64,000 bases of DNA from an uncultured Opitutia bacterium (GCA_903862955.1 CAIPAH010000030.1:228748-292747), one strand, 5' to 3'. Shown: positions 32,919-41,040, counted from the stretch's first letter. Numbers and translations are program-made. Notes: generated from the sequence alone by a model not told the origin.

Positions 32919-35432
32919 TTAGGGCAGCTCGCAGGCGCCGCCGGCGCACGCGACGACGTCCTTGAGCTTCGTCTCGTCGGTGTGCTCCACGAGCGACGTG
33001 TAGTTCACCGGCACGTATTTCAGGCGGTTCCACTTCGCCACGTCGTCCTCCGTCGCCACGGCCTCGCGCGGCGCCTGGGGATAGTGCTTGTCGCCCTCGT
33101 AGCCGAGCAACGCCACGCCAGTGAAATGCTCGCGGTGTTCCCAGATGAACTCGCCCACGCGGTCCCACTCGCCCGGCTTGACCGTGCAGGTGTTGGACAC
33201 GTTGTGATGCAGCCCCGGCGAACGGTTGTGCTCCGCCTCGCCGCCCAGCACCCAGTGCTGCTGGACGAGTTGCACCGCCTGCAGGAATTCCACGGCTCCG
33301 ACCTCATCGCGCAGGATCGCGTGCGGTGGCGCCTCGACGGCAAACGTGATGACGTCGTCCGTGTCGGGCCGGTAAACCGAGGCCTCCGTGAGCTGCGAGT
33401 TGCTCTGCTTGAAATGCCGGTAGATCGGGTCGTGCCGGCTCGCCTGCACGCGGCGGAAATAATGCCGCGCGTGGTGCGGGTGGATGCCGGAGGCGGCGCC
33501 GAGCAGCAGCGATGCCGTGCCCTCAGGTTTCACACACGTGACACGCGTCGCCGGCCGGATGCCAAGCGCGCGGGCGACGATCTGGTTGGCGGCCCGGCAC
33601 AGGCGGGCGCCGCGCTCAAGGACGTCGGGGTTGAACAGGATCTCGGGGTTGTCCATGAAGCCGCAAATTGAGACGCCCAGCAGCGCGTCGCGCTCGTTGA
33701 GGTAGCGCGTGACGGGCCCGAGATACGCGATGTCGGTGTAGGCCGCCTGGAGCGTGCCGATGACGGCCGCGTGGATGCAGGCGACGAGGAAATCATCCGC
33801 GGTCTGCAGCACGGCGCCGTTGATCGTGCTGAGATTGCACATTTGCCAGCCGCTGAGGCGCGTTTCGGGGCCCAGCGGTCCCTCGTAGCCGAGGGCACGG
33901 AGGCGGGCGGTCTCGACCTCGTCGAGCGGGCCCTCGATGACAGGATGCAGCCCGATCTCGCAGCAGGGGTTGCAGCCATAATCGGGATGGTCGGCAAAAT
34001 AGAAACCGGGCTCGCCAAACTCCTTCTGCGCCGCAAACAGCCGGCGGAAGAGCGTGTCATCCGGCCGCGAGCGCGGCAGCACGGCGGAGTTATTGGACGC
34101 CGAGCGCTGCGGGTTCTTCTCGAACCAATTGCCGGTCTTGGCGCCCATCATTTCCTCGTCGTCGGGGGAAAACAGGCAGATCGTCGCCGAACGCCGGATG
34201 CCGCCGCTGAGCACGGAGCGCGCGGCATACATGCAGATGTCGTAGACCTCGATCGGGCGGAGTCGCCGGCCGGAAGCGCCGGCGAGGACGCCCTCGATAT
34301 CGAGCAGCGCCTGCTTCAGTGGCAGGTGGCCGGGAGCCTTGCCGCCAGAGGTTACCAGCGCGCGGCCGCGGGGGCGGACTTGGGAAAAATTGAACTCCGC
34401 CTTGAAGTGCTCGTAGTGGCTCAGCATCAGCACGTGGAGCGCGCCGGCCCAGCCCTCGATCGTGTCGCCGACGGTGTGATGCACGACGACGAGATCCATT
34501 TCCTCGCCGCGCACGGGCAGCACGGGCAGCCGGTCGGTGTGGTGCCGCTGCACGGAAAAGCCGCAGCCCGTGCCGGCCAACAGCAGGAACAGGTATTCGC
34601 GGAAAAACTCGAGGCGGTCCACCGGGCTGAACGCGCAATTGAACAGCCGGGCGTGGTTGCGGAGGATGGCTTCCCCGCCGAACTGCAGCGAGCGCATCGA
34701 CGGCAGCACGCGCTTCTGACCCACTGCGCCGTAAGCGCGATGAATCGCGTCGCCCAGTGTCCCGCCCGTCAGCCATTCGGACAGCAGCCGGCGGTCCGAG
34801 GGCCGCGCCGGTGAATCGTCGCCGGGCGGGGGCAGGCGCTGCGCGAGCAGCGGGTGAAAATGCTCCAGGTGCATCTCGAGCACGCGGCGCGCGGCCTCGA
34901 CGAACGTCTCACGCCGGCCGAGGTCGCGGCGGTAGCGGGCGTATTTGGCGCAGGCGATGTAGTCGCTCAGGCCGTTCTCCGGATAATGTGCCAGGCGATG
35001 CTGCGCCTTAAGCCCGCGGTAAATGATATAGGCGCGTGCCACCTCCCACTCGCCCTCGGCGGCGATCGCCTTCTCCACGTTGTCCTGGATCTGCTCGATC
35101 GTCGGGTGCCGGCCCGAGCGATAGTAAAGCTCGAGCATCCGCGCCACGCGCGAGGTGATCAGCTGGACCTTGTGGAATGAATCCCCGTCCAGGCCGAAGC
35201 AAGCCGTCGCGTCCTCCCGGTTGGGATTCGGCGCGGCATCGTGTGTCACCTCGTAGTAGGCGAGGGCGACGGCGCGGGTGATCTTGCTGGCGTCCCACGG
35301 CACCAAGGTGCCGTCCCGCTTGACGACGCAGCGGTCGGCGGGGGCGATGGCGGTGGTGGGAGTGGCGCGGGGGTTGAGGCGGGCGAGAAGGGAGGAGGTG
35401 GCGGAGGTCATGCGGAAAGGAGCGGAGAGCAT
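32919..35432 (-). CDS. nrdJ: adenosylcobalamin-dependent (class II) ribonucleotide reductase, RTPR-like, with N-terminal ATP-cone
   Basis: 837 aa (alternative ATG at 35411). It has an ATP-cone-like VVKRDGTLVPWDASKITRAV and an active-site-like GCNPCCEIGL. The C-terminal redox pair CAGGACELP resembles the C-x4-C tail of the Lactobacillus-type triphosphate reductase. The subclass assignment is from memory, not from a search. Confidence 0.75.
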   Translation of the reverse strand: MLSAPFRMTSATSSLLARLNPRATPTTAIAPADRCVVKRDGTLVPWDASKITRAVALAYYEVTHDAAPNPNREDATACFGLDGDSFHKVQLITSRVARMLELYYRSGRHPTIEQIQDNVEKAIAAEGEWEVARAYIIYRGLKAQHRLAHYPENGLSDYIACAKYARYRRDLGRRETFVEAARRVLEMHLEHFHPLLAQRLPPPGDDSPARPSDRRLLSEWLTGGTLGDAIHRAYGAVGQKRVLPSMRSLQFGGEAILRNHARLFNCAFSPVDRLEFFREYLFLLLAGTGCGFSVQRHHTDRLPVLPVRGEEMDLVVVHHTVGDTIEGWAGALHVLMLSHYEHFKAEFNFSQVRPRGRALVTSGGKAPGHLPLKQALLDIEGVLAGASGRRLRPIEVYDICMYAARSVLSGGIRRSATICLFSPDDEEMMGAKTGNWFEKNPQRSASNNSAVLPRSRPDDTLFRRLFAAQKEFGEPGFYFADHPDYGCNPCCEIGLHPVIEGPLDEVETARLRALGYEGPLGPETRLSGWQMCNLSTINGAVLQTADDFLVACIHAAVIGTLQAAYTDIAYLGPVTRYLNERDALLGVSICGFMDNPEILFNPDVLERGARLCRAANQIVARALGIRPATRVTCVKPEGTASLLLGAASGIHPHHARHYFRRVQASRHDPIYRHFKQSNSQLTEASVYRPDTDDVITFAVEAPPHAILRDEVGAVEFLQAVQLVQQHWVLGGEAEHNRSPGLHHNVSNTCTVKPGEWDRVGEFIWEHREHFTGVALLGYEGDKHYPQAPREAVATEDDVAKWNRLKYVPVNYTSLVEHTDETKLKDVVACAGGACELP

Positions 35433-35515
35433 AGTCCGCCCGCACCCACGCCGCTAACCATTCCTTGCTAAAGGATGGAAATCTTTGCGCATAATTTGTG
35501 ACGCACCGCGCGAAA

Positions 35516-36253
35516 TCAGTTTCGCCCGCTCAACGCGAGCGCGCGCGGGAAGAGAATGTTGTTTTCCTTGTGCACGTGGCGGTGCAGGTCCGCCTCGAAC
35601 TCGGCCAGCCCGGCCAGCAGCGCGCGGTGCGTGTTGCACGCGTCCGCGCCCGGCGTGAAGCCGTCGGTCAGCTCCCGCAGCTCCGCCGTCACCTGGCCCG
35701 CGGACTCGTGCTCGGCTTCCATCACGCGGATCGGATTGGCAATGGAACCGCAGTGAAAACCGCCGTCCGCCGCCCCGGCTTCGAGCTCCCGCACGAGCGG
35801 GAAGAGGATGCCCTCCTCCTTCTGCATGTGACTCAGCATCTCATTCGCCAGCGCCACGACGCGCTCATTCACGAGGGGCAGACGGGCGTCGCGCCACTCG
35901 TGCTTGCGGGCGACGCGCCCGGCCATCTCGACCAGACGCGGGAGCTCCGACTTGAGGTAAGTGTGGTGCGTCTGCTCGATGTGGTCCGCCAGCTGCGTCA
36001 GGGTCAGCGCCGTCACATCCACGTCGAGCGGCCCCGCCTCGATGACGGCTGCCGCCGCTTCCAACATGGCTTGCACGATGTGCGGTTCGAGATCCTTGGC
36101 GCGGCAGGCGGTGGCGAGGGACTGTTTGCCGCCGCAGCAGTAGTCGAGGCCGAGTTTCTCAAAAACGCGGGCAAAAGCCGGGCGGGCGGCGACGATGGCG
36201 CCGAGGGTGGTGTCCGCGCTGAAGCGCGGCGTGGAGGGGGAGTCGGTGATCAT
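35516..36253 (-). CDS. ytfE: iron-sulfur cluster repair di-iron protein (RIC/YtfE/ScdA/DnrN family)
   Basis: 245 aa. It has the N-terminal ScdA_N-like LDYCCGG motif and hemerythrin-like His/Glu-rich repeats (HHTYLKSELP, HVHKENNILFP). Confidence 0.85.
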   Translation of the reverse strand: MITDSPSTPRFSADTTLGAIVAARPAFARVFEKLGLDYCCGGKQSLATACRAKDLEPHIVQAMLEAAAAVIEAGPLDVDVTALTLTQLADHIEQTHHTYLKSELPRLVEMAGRVARKHEWRDARLPLVNERVVALANEMLSHMQKEEGILFPLVRELEAGAADGGFHCGSIANPIRVMEAEHESAGQVTAELRELTDGFTPGADACNTHRALLAGLAEFEADLHRHVHKENNILFPRALALSGRN

Positions 36254-36300
36254 GGTGGGGTGGTTCGCGCTGACTTTGCCACGAACCGCCGCGGGTCGCC

Positions 36301-36314
36301 TTGTCCTGGATCAA
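36301..36314. promoter_or_regulatory. FNR/Dnr-type box TTGTCctggATCAA in the divergent ytfE / dnr-like promoter region
   Basis: It matches TTGAT-N4-ATCAA at 8 of 10 positions. Its centre is about 54 nt upstream of the ytfE ATG (36253). The tracked ORF start at 36301 is the TTG of this box, so the regulator gene must start downstream. Confidence 0.7.
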
Positions 36315-36345
36315 GGAATTCCCCGGCGGCATTTTCGGCGGGACT

Positions 36346-37098
36346 ATGCCCCGGGCGGCCCCTTCACTGTCGCCTGCGATGCCGACCCGTCCGCGCCCCG
36401 CCGATCTCAAGCTCACCGGCCTCACCGGCACACTGCGCTGCTGCCAACTTTTCACCGGGTTGTCGGCGGAGGATCTGGGCATCATCGCCGGCTTCACCAT
36501 CGTCCAAAAGCTCGCCAAGGACGACTACCTGTTTCGCGAGGGCGAGCAGTCGCGGGGGCTCTATCTCGTGCAAAGTGGCGCCATCAACGTCCACCGCGTC
36601 AACGTGGCCGGCAAGGAGCAGGTGATTCACATCTTCCGCGCCGGCGAATCGTTTGCCGAGGCCGCCCTCGCCTCCCCCACGGGCTATCCCGCCGACGCCC
36701 GCGCTGTCGAGCCGAGCACCGTTCTCGTCATTCCCAAGGCGCCCATCCTCGAGCTGATCGGCCGCCGCCCGGACCTGGCCCTGCGCATGCTCGGCTCGAT
36801 GAGCAGTCACCTGCGAGTGCTCGTGGGCATGCTGGACGACCTCACGCTGAAGGATGTGGAGACGCGGATGCTCAACTGGCTGGTGAAGCACAGCCGGGCC
36901 GCCCGAGGGGGCTCCATTCACCTGCCTGGCACGAAGCGCGTGCTGGCCGCCGAGTTGGGCACGAGCAGCGAGACCCTCTCGCGCACCCTCGGCCGGCTGC
37001 GGGACAGGAAGCTGATTTCAGTCTCGGGCAAAGTCATTGCGATCCACGACCTGCCCGCCCTGCAGGCCATGCTCCGCCGTAATCTCGGGGAAACCTGA
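36346..37098 (+). CDS. Crp/Fnr-family transcriptional regulator, Dnr/NnrR-like
   Basis: The start is at ATG 36346, or possibly 36379. It has a cNMP-binding-like fold (YLFREGEQSRGLYLVQSGAINVH). The recognition helix ELGTSSETLSRTLGRL carries the E--SR motif that reads TTGAT half-sites. There is no FNR-type N-terminal Cys cluster. Confidence 0.8.
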   Translation: MPRAAPSLSPAMPTRPRPADLKLTGLTGTLRCCQLFTGLSAEDLGIIAGFTIVQKLAKDDYLFREGEQSRGLYLVQSGAINVHRVNVAGKEQVIHIFRAGESFAEAALASPTGYPADARAVEPSTVLVIPKAPILELIGRRPDLALRMLGSMSSHLRVLVGMLDDLTLKDVETRMLNWLVKHSRAARGGSIHLPGTKRVLAAELGTSSETLSRTLGRLRDRKLISVSGKVIAIHDLPALQAMLRRNLGET

Positions 37099-37102
37099 CC
37101 TG

Positions 37103-37130
37103 GCTGTCAGCGATCAGCTGTCAGCGATGA
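37103..37130. repeat. 14-nt tandem direct repeat x2 (gctgtcagcgatca gctgtcagcgatga)
   Basis: Read directly from the sequence, 13/14 identity. It lies immediately after the regulator stop (37096-37098). Confidence 0.7.
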
Positions 37131-37186
37131 GTAGCTGCGAGCGTGAGCGAGTGGATCAGCCTCCGCTCGCTCACGCTCGCAGCTAC
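37131..37186. repeat. perfect 21-bp inverted repeat with 14-nt loop (gtagctgcgagcgtgagcgag / ctcgctcacgctcgcagctac); probable terminator or REP-like element
   Basis: Arms are 37131-37151 and 37166-37186. There is no U-tract. Confidence 0.8.
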
Positions 37187-37215
37187 AAAGCTCCCGCCCG
37201 CCCGCGGTCACACGA

Positions 37216-37229
37216 TTGAACCAAATCAC
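37216..37229. promoter_or_regulatory. FNR/Dnr-like box TTGAAccaaATCAC upstream of the membrane-protein gene
   Basis: It matches TTGAT-N4-ATCAA at 8 of 10 positions. Its centre is about 47 nt upstream of ATG 37270. The tracked ORF start at 37216 is the TTG of this motif. Confidence 0.5.
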
Positions 37230-37269
37230 GCTCGCGCGAGCCGGGACGGACAGCCATGCTGTCGGGTTC

Positions 37270-37968
37270 ATGTCAGCAGATCCGTCCCTTTCCTCCCCGC
37301 CCGAAGCCCCGTGGCATGCCGGCCTGCGCGCTGCGCGCGCCAACCTGCTGCCCGGCCTCCTCCTGCAGGCCGTCGCCCTGGCCTTGGTGCTGGCCTATTA
37401 CTGGCACCCGCCGACGCGCGCGTTGTTCGAGCAGCTGATCACGCTGCGCCAGCGGACCGGCGTGCTCTTTTCAATCATCGCGACCTCGCTCTGCGGCGGG
37501 GTGCTGCCGTTCATTTACATGCGGTCGCAGCCCGAAACGGGTTCCCGCTTCACGTGGGCCAGCGGGCTGTTTTTCACGCTCTTCTGGGCCTACAAGGGCG
37601 TCGAAGTGGATCTCTGGCAGCGCGCCCTCGCCCATTTCGTCGGGAATGACACCCGCGTCACCACCGTCGCACTCAAGGTTTTCCTCGACCAGTTCGTCTA
37701 CTGCCCGATTTGGGCCGTCTTCGTGACGGTCATCGCCTACAACTGGCAGAGCGCCGGCTTCCGGTGGGCGCCGTTGATGGCGGATTTCCGGGCCGGCCAA
37801 TGGTATCAGCGGCAGATCCTGCCCGCGTTGGTCGCCAACCTCGGGCTCTGGGTGCCGCTCACCGTCCTCATCTTCGCCCTGCCGTTGCCGCTGCAACTTC
37901 CGCTGTTCGATCTCGCGCTGGTGTTTTACACGCTTTTGATCGCGCATATCACGCGCCGGAAGGTCTAA
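37270..37968 (+). CDS. integral membrane protein (Mpv17/PMP22-like, function unknown)
   Basis: The start is at ATG 37270 (MSADPSLSS...). It has several hydrophobic segments. The weak family resemblance (LDQFVYCPIWAVFV, LWVPLTVLIF) is recalled only. Confidence 0.55.
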   Translation: MSADPSLSSPPEAPWHAGLRAARANLLPGLLLQAVALALVLAYYWHPPTRALFEQLITLRQRTGVLFSIIATSLCGGVLPFIYMRSQPETGSRFTWASGLFFTLFWAYKGVEVDLWQRALAHFVGNDTRVTTVALKVFLDQFVYCPIWAVFVTVIAYNWQSAGFRWAPLMADFRAGQWYQRQILPALVANLGLWVPLTVLIFALPLPLQLPLFDLALVFYTLLIAHITRRKV

Positions 37969-38059
37969 CTATCTTCGCCGCGTCCGGGGGGCGGGCTGAA
38001 CCGTAGGATTTTGGGGAATCTTTGCCTTCCCGCTGGCCTCCCACACAATCCCTCCACCC

Positions 38060-40261
38060 ATGAAGCTGCCCCGTTTCATCCTGCGCTGGCCGCGCGGGCT
38101 CCTCAGCGCCTGCACCCTCTTCCTGGCGGCCGCGCTGCCTTCCGCCCAAGCCGTCGAAAGCCACGTGCACGCGTCGCTCGTCGCCGCCGACGCCTCCATC
38201 CAACCCGGCAAGCCCTTCACCGTCGCGTTGCGCTTCCAGCACGACCCGCATTGGCACACCTACTGGTTGAATCCCGGCACCGGCCTGCCGACATCACTCG
38301 CCTGGCATCTGCCCCCCGGTTTCACCGCCGGCGAAATCCAGTGGCCCGCACCGAAGCTGCTCATCGACAACTCCGGCGGCATCATCGGCAACGGTTACGA
38401 GGGCGAACTCTTCCTCCCCGTCACGATCACCCCACCCGCCGACCTGAAACCTGGCACCACTGTCGAACTCGTCGCCGACGCCGACTGGCTGATGTGCGAG
38501 GAAATCTGCGTGCCGGGGAAGGCCACGGTAAAACTGTCGCTGCCGGTTTCCCCAGACGCGCCGCAGACCGACTCCACGTGGGGCGCAAAGATCCGCGCCA
38601 CCCTCGCCGGCCTGCCGCGCGCTGATGCCGAGTGGAAGGTCGCGGCCGCGCGCGATGCCAAGAACGTCACCCTCAGTGTGAATTTCACCGGTGTTGTCGC
38701 CGGCAAGCGCGCGTGGCCGTCCCATCTCCATTTCTTTTCAGACGACAGCCTCGTGGCCTTCGACCAGCCCCAAACCGTCGTCGAAAAAGATTACGTCGGC
38801 CGCTACGTGATCGCTCTGCCCATTTCCCCGGATGGCCCGAAGGATGCCGCTAAGCTGCTCGGCGTGCTCACCTCCGACACCGGCTGGCTCGCCGACGGCT
38901 CGTCTCGTGGCCTCCGGGTCGAAGTTCCGTTGGGCGCTCCCAGCAGTCAGTCGTCAGCGACCGAAGCGCCGCGTTTTGCTGCAACCAAAGCGGGCGAAAG
39001 CGGCACACCGATCGCCTCCCCGCCCCCTACCAGCGGGCTTGGCGGCACCCTCCTTCTCGCCCTCGTCGGCGGCATGATCCTGAACCTCATGCCCTGCGTC
39101 TTCCCCGTGCTCGGGATCAAGATTCTCGGATTCGTGAACCAGGCCGGCCACGAGCGCGGCAAGGTCGTCGCCCACGGCCTGACGTTCGCCTCGGGCGTGC
39201 TGCTGTCCTTCTGGACACTCGCCGCCGTGCTCGCCGTGCTGCGGGCCGGCGGCAGCCACCTGGGCTGGGGCTTCCAACTGCAGTCGCCCGCGTTCGTCTT
39301 CGTCCTCGCCGCGGCCATGCTCATTTTCGGCCTGAACATGAGCGGCCTGTTTGAAATCGGGCTCAGCGCCACGTCGGTCGGCGGCGACTTGCAGACAAAG
39401 ACCGGTTTCGCCGGCTCGTTCTTCACCGGCGTGCTCGCCACCGTCGTCGCCACGCCCTGCTCCGCGCCCTTCCTCGCCCCGGCACTCGGTGCGGCGCTGG
39501 CGCTCTCGACGGCGCAGTCGTTCGCCATCTTCACCGCCATCGCGATCGGACTCGCGCTGCCCTACCTGCTGCTCTCGATCTTTCCCGCCGCCGTGAAGGT
39601 GCTGCCGCGACCCGGCGCGTGGATGGAAACGTTCAAGCAGTTCATGGCCTTCCCGCTCTATGCGACCGTTGGCTACCTCGTGTGGGTGCTGGCCGGACAG
39701 ACCAGTGACGAAGGCCTGCAGAACGTCCTCTTCGGCCTCGTGCTCGTCGCGATGGGCATCTGGGTTTACGGCCGCTGGAACGCCCCCGGCGCGTCCGTCG
39801 GCCGCACGCGCTTCGGCGTGGCCGGGCTCGTCGTGCTCGGAGCCGCCGGCCTGTGGCTGGGCTGGCCGCAGAGCGCCGCGGCCAAGGCCGCCGCCGCGCA
39901 ATCCTCCACCGCGCCCGAGGTGGTCTGGGACAAATGGAGCCCCGAGGCCGTGGCGAAGTTGCGCAGCGAGAACCGGATTATCTACGTCGACTTTACCGCG
40001 CGCTGGTGCGCCACGTGCCAGGCCAACAAGAAACTCGTGTTCCACAACGACGAGGTCCTGAAGTATTTCCACGATCACCAGATCGCCACGCTGCGCGGTG
40101 ACTGGACCAACCAGGACCCGGCCATCACGGCCGAGCTGGCGAAATACCAGCGCAGCGCCGTGCCGTTCAACTTGATCTGGATGCCCGGCAAAGACGCGCC
40201 GATCCTGCTCCCCGAACTGCTCACGCCCGGCACGGTGCTCGGCGCGCTGCGGGGGAAGTAA
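38060..40261 (+). CDS. dsbD: DsbD/ScsB-like thiol:disulfide interchange protein (N-terminal periplasmic domain, CcdA-like membrane core, C-terminal thioredoxin)
   Basis: 733 aa. It has a signal peptide, the CEEICVPG motif, membrane-core cysteines (LMPCVFPVLG and ATPCSAPFLAP) and a C-terminal thioredoxin WCATC. Confidence 0.8.
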   Translation: MKLPRFILRWPRGLLSACTLFLAAALPSAQAVESHVHASLVAADASIQPGKPFTVALRFQHDPHWHTYWLNPGTGLPTSLAWHLPPGFTAGEIQWPAPKLLIDNSGGIIGNGYEGELFLPVTITPPADLKPGTTVELVADADWLMCEEICVPGKATVKLSLPVSPDAPQTDSTWGAKIRATLAGLPRADAEWKVAAARDAKNVTLSVNFTGVVAGKRAWPSHLHFFSDDSLVAFDQPQTVVEKDYVGRYVIALPISPDGPKDAAKLLGVLTSDTGWLADGSSRGLRVEVPLGAPSSQSSATEAPRFAATKAGESGTPIASPPPTSGLGGTLLLALVGGMILNLMPCVFPVLGIKILGFVNQAGHERGKVVAHGLTFASGVLLSFWTLAAVLAVLRAGGSHLGWGFQLQSPAFVFVLAAAMLIFGLNMSGLFEIGLSATSVGGDLQTKTGFAGSFFTGVLATVVATPCSAPFLAPALGAALALSTAQSFAIFTAIAIGLALPYLLLSIFPAAVKVLPRPGAWMETFKQFMAFPLYATVGYLVWVLAGQTSDEGLQNVLFGLVLVAMGIWVYGRWNAPGASVGRTRFGVAGLVVLGAAGLWLGWPQSAAAKAAAAQSSTAPEVVWDKWSPEAVAKLRSENRIIYVDFTARWCATCQANKKLVFHNDEVLKYFHDHQIATLRGDWTNQDPAITAELAKYQRSAVPFNLIWMPGKDAPILLPELLTPGTVLGALRGK

Positions 40262-40270
40262 GCCCGAGCC

Positions 40271-40591
40271 ATGCCTTGGTTCTACCTCACGTTCGGGATC
40301 GCGGTGCTCCTCTGCATCTTCTTCCTGAACATGCGGCGAACCTCCCGCAAGGATTCCAGCCGGGAGAAAATCGCCCGGACGATTGGCGATTTCATCGAGG
40401 GCAAGGGACTGCCCGATGACTGGGATGATTTCACTTCAATCCCGCTGAAGGACCCTGAACTCGACCGGATCAGGGAGGCCTGCGTCGAAGTCGGGTTCTC
40501 CTTCCCGGCCAAGAAGTCGAATGCCTGGTGCAGCCCGGAAGGAATCGCCGAGCTGCGAAAAATCCAAACTCGCTGCCTTGCGCAGCCCTAG
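40271..40591 (+). CDS. small membrane-anchored hypothetical protein
   Basis: 106 aa with an N-terminal TM segment (WFYLTFGIAVLLCIFFL). G+C is visibly lower than in the neighbours. I recognise no family. Confidence 0.45.
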   Translation: MPWFYLTFGIAVLLCIFFLNMRRTSRKDSSREKIARTIGDFIEGKGLPDDWDDFTSIPLKDPELDRIREACVEVGFSFPAKKSNAWCSPEGIAELRKIQTRCLAQP

Positions 40592-40643
40592 GCACACCCG
40601 GCCTTTTCGGGGCCCGGGCAGCCTCATCACCGGCCGACCTCGA

Positions 40644-40673
40644 CCGCTCCGCCGCCCAGTGGCGGCAGAGCGG
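40644..40673. terminator. GC-rich hairpin between convergent genes (12 bp plus 1 mismatch, 4-nt loop)
   Basis: The sequence is ccgctccgccgcc cagt ggcggcagagcgg. There is no U-tract. Confidence 0.4.
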
Positions 40674-40698
40674 CGACTATGGCAAAAGGCCGGGCGGT

Positions 40699-41040
40699 TT
40701 ACTTCGCCGGGACGGCGAATCCGCGGATTTGCTTCACGAGGGCGGTGATCTCGTCGGGCGAGAGCTTGTCGCTGAAGCCCTTCATCTTCTCCTTGCCGTT
40801 GTCCTTCACGCCTTGGGCGGTGGCCTTGGCGAGGTCGGCGTCGGTGAACTTGGCGAGCGAGGCGGGATTCGAGTAATCCTTCAGCTTCAGCTTCGTGCCG
40901 AGCTTGGTCTGGGCCTTGCCATCCGGGCCGTGGCATTTGGCGCAGTGGGTATCCCAATTTTCTCCGGCGGTGGCCGCCAGGGCCGAAGTCGCACCGAGCG
41001 CGAGGACGACAGTGAGTGAGGCAATCAGTTTATTCTTCAT
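40699..41040 (-). CDS. small soluble class I cytochrome c
   Basis: The start was set to ATG 41040 (MKNKLIASLTVVLALGATSALA signal). It has the haem site CAKCH and a distal Met (KEKMKGF); 113 aa. It is only the C-terminal end of a spurious 756-aa tracked ORF. Confidence 0.8.
   Translation of the reverse strand: MKNKLIASLTVVLALGATSALAATAGENWDTHCAKCHGPDGKAQTKLGTKLKLKDYSNPASLAKFTDADLAKATAQGVKDNGKEKMKGFSDKLSPDEITALVKQIRGFAVPAK

Noticed and set aside
35433-35515. A possible NrdR box or cobalamin riboswitch in the leader of the class II ribonucleotide reductase.
   Set aside because: The 83-nt gap is far too short for a cobalamin riboswitch. The only NrdR-like stretch (tcacaaattatgcgca) matches barely half of the 16-bp consensus and has no second box at the usual ~31-bp spacing.
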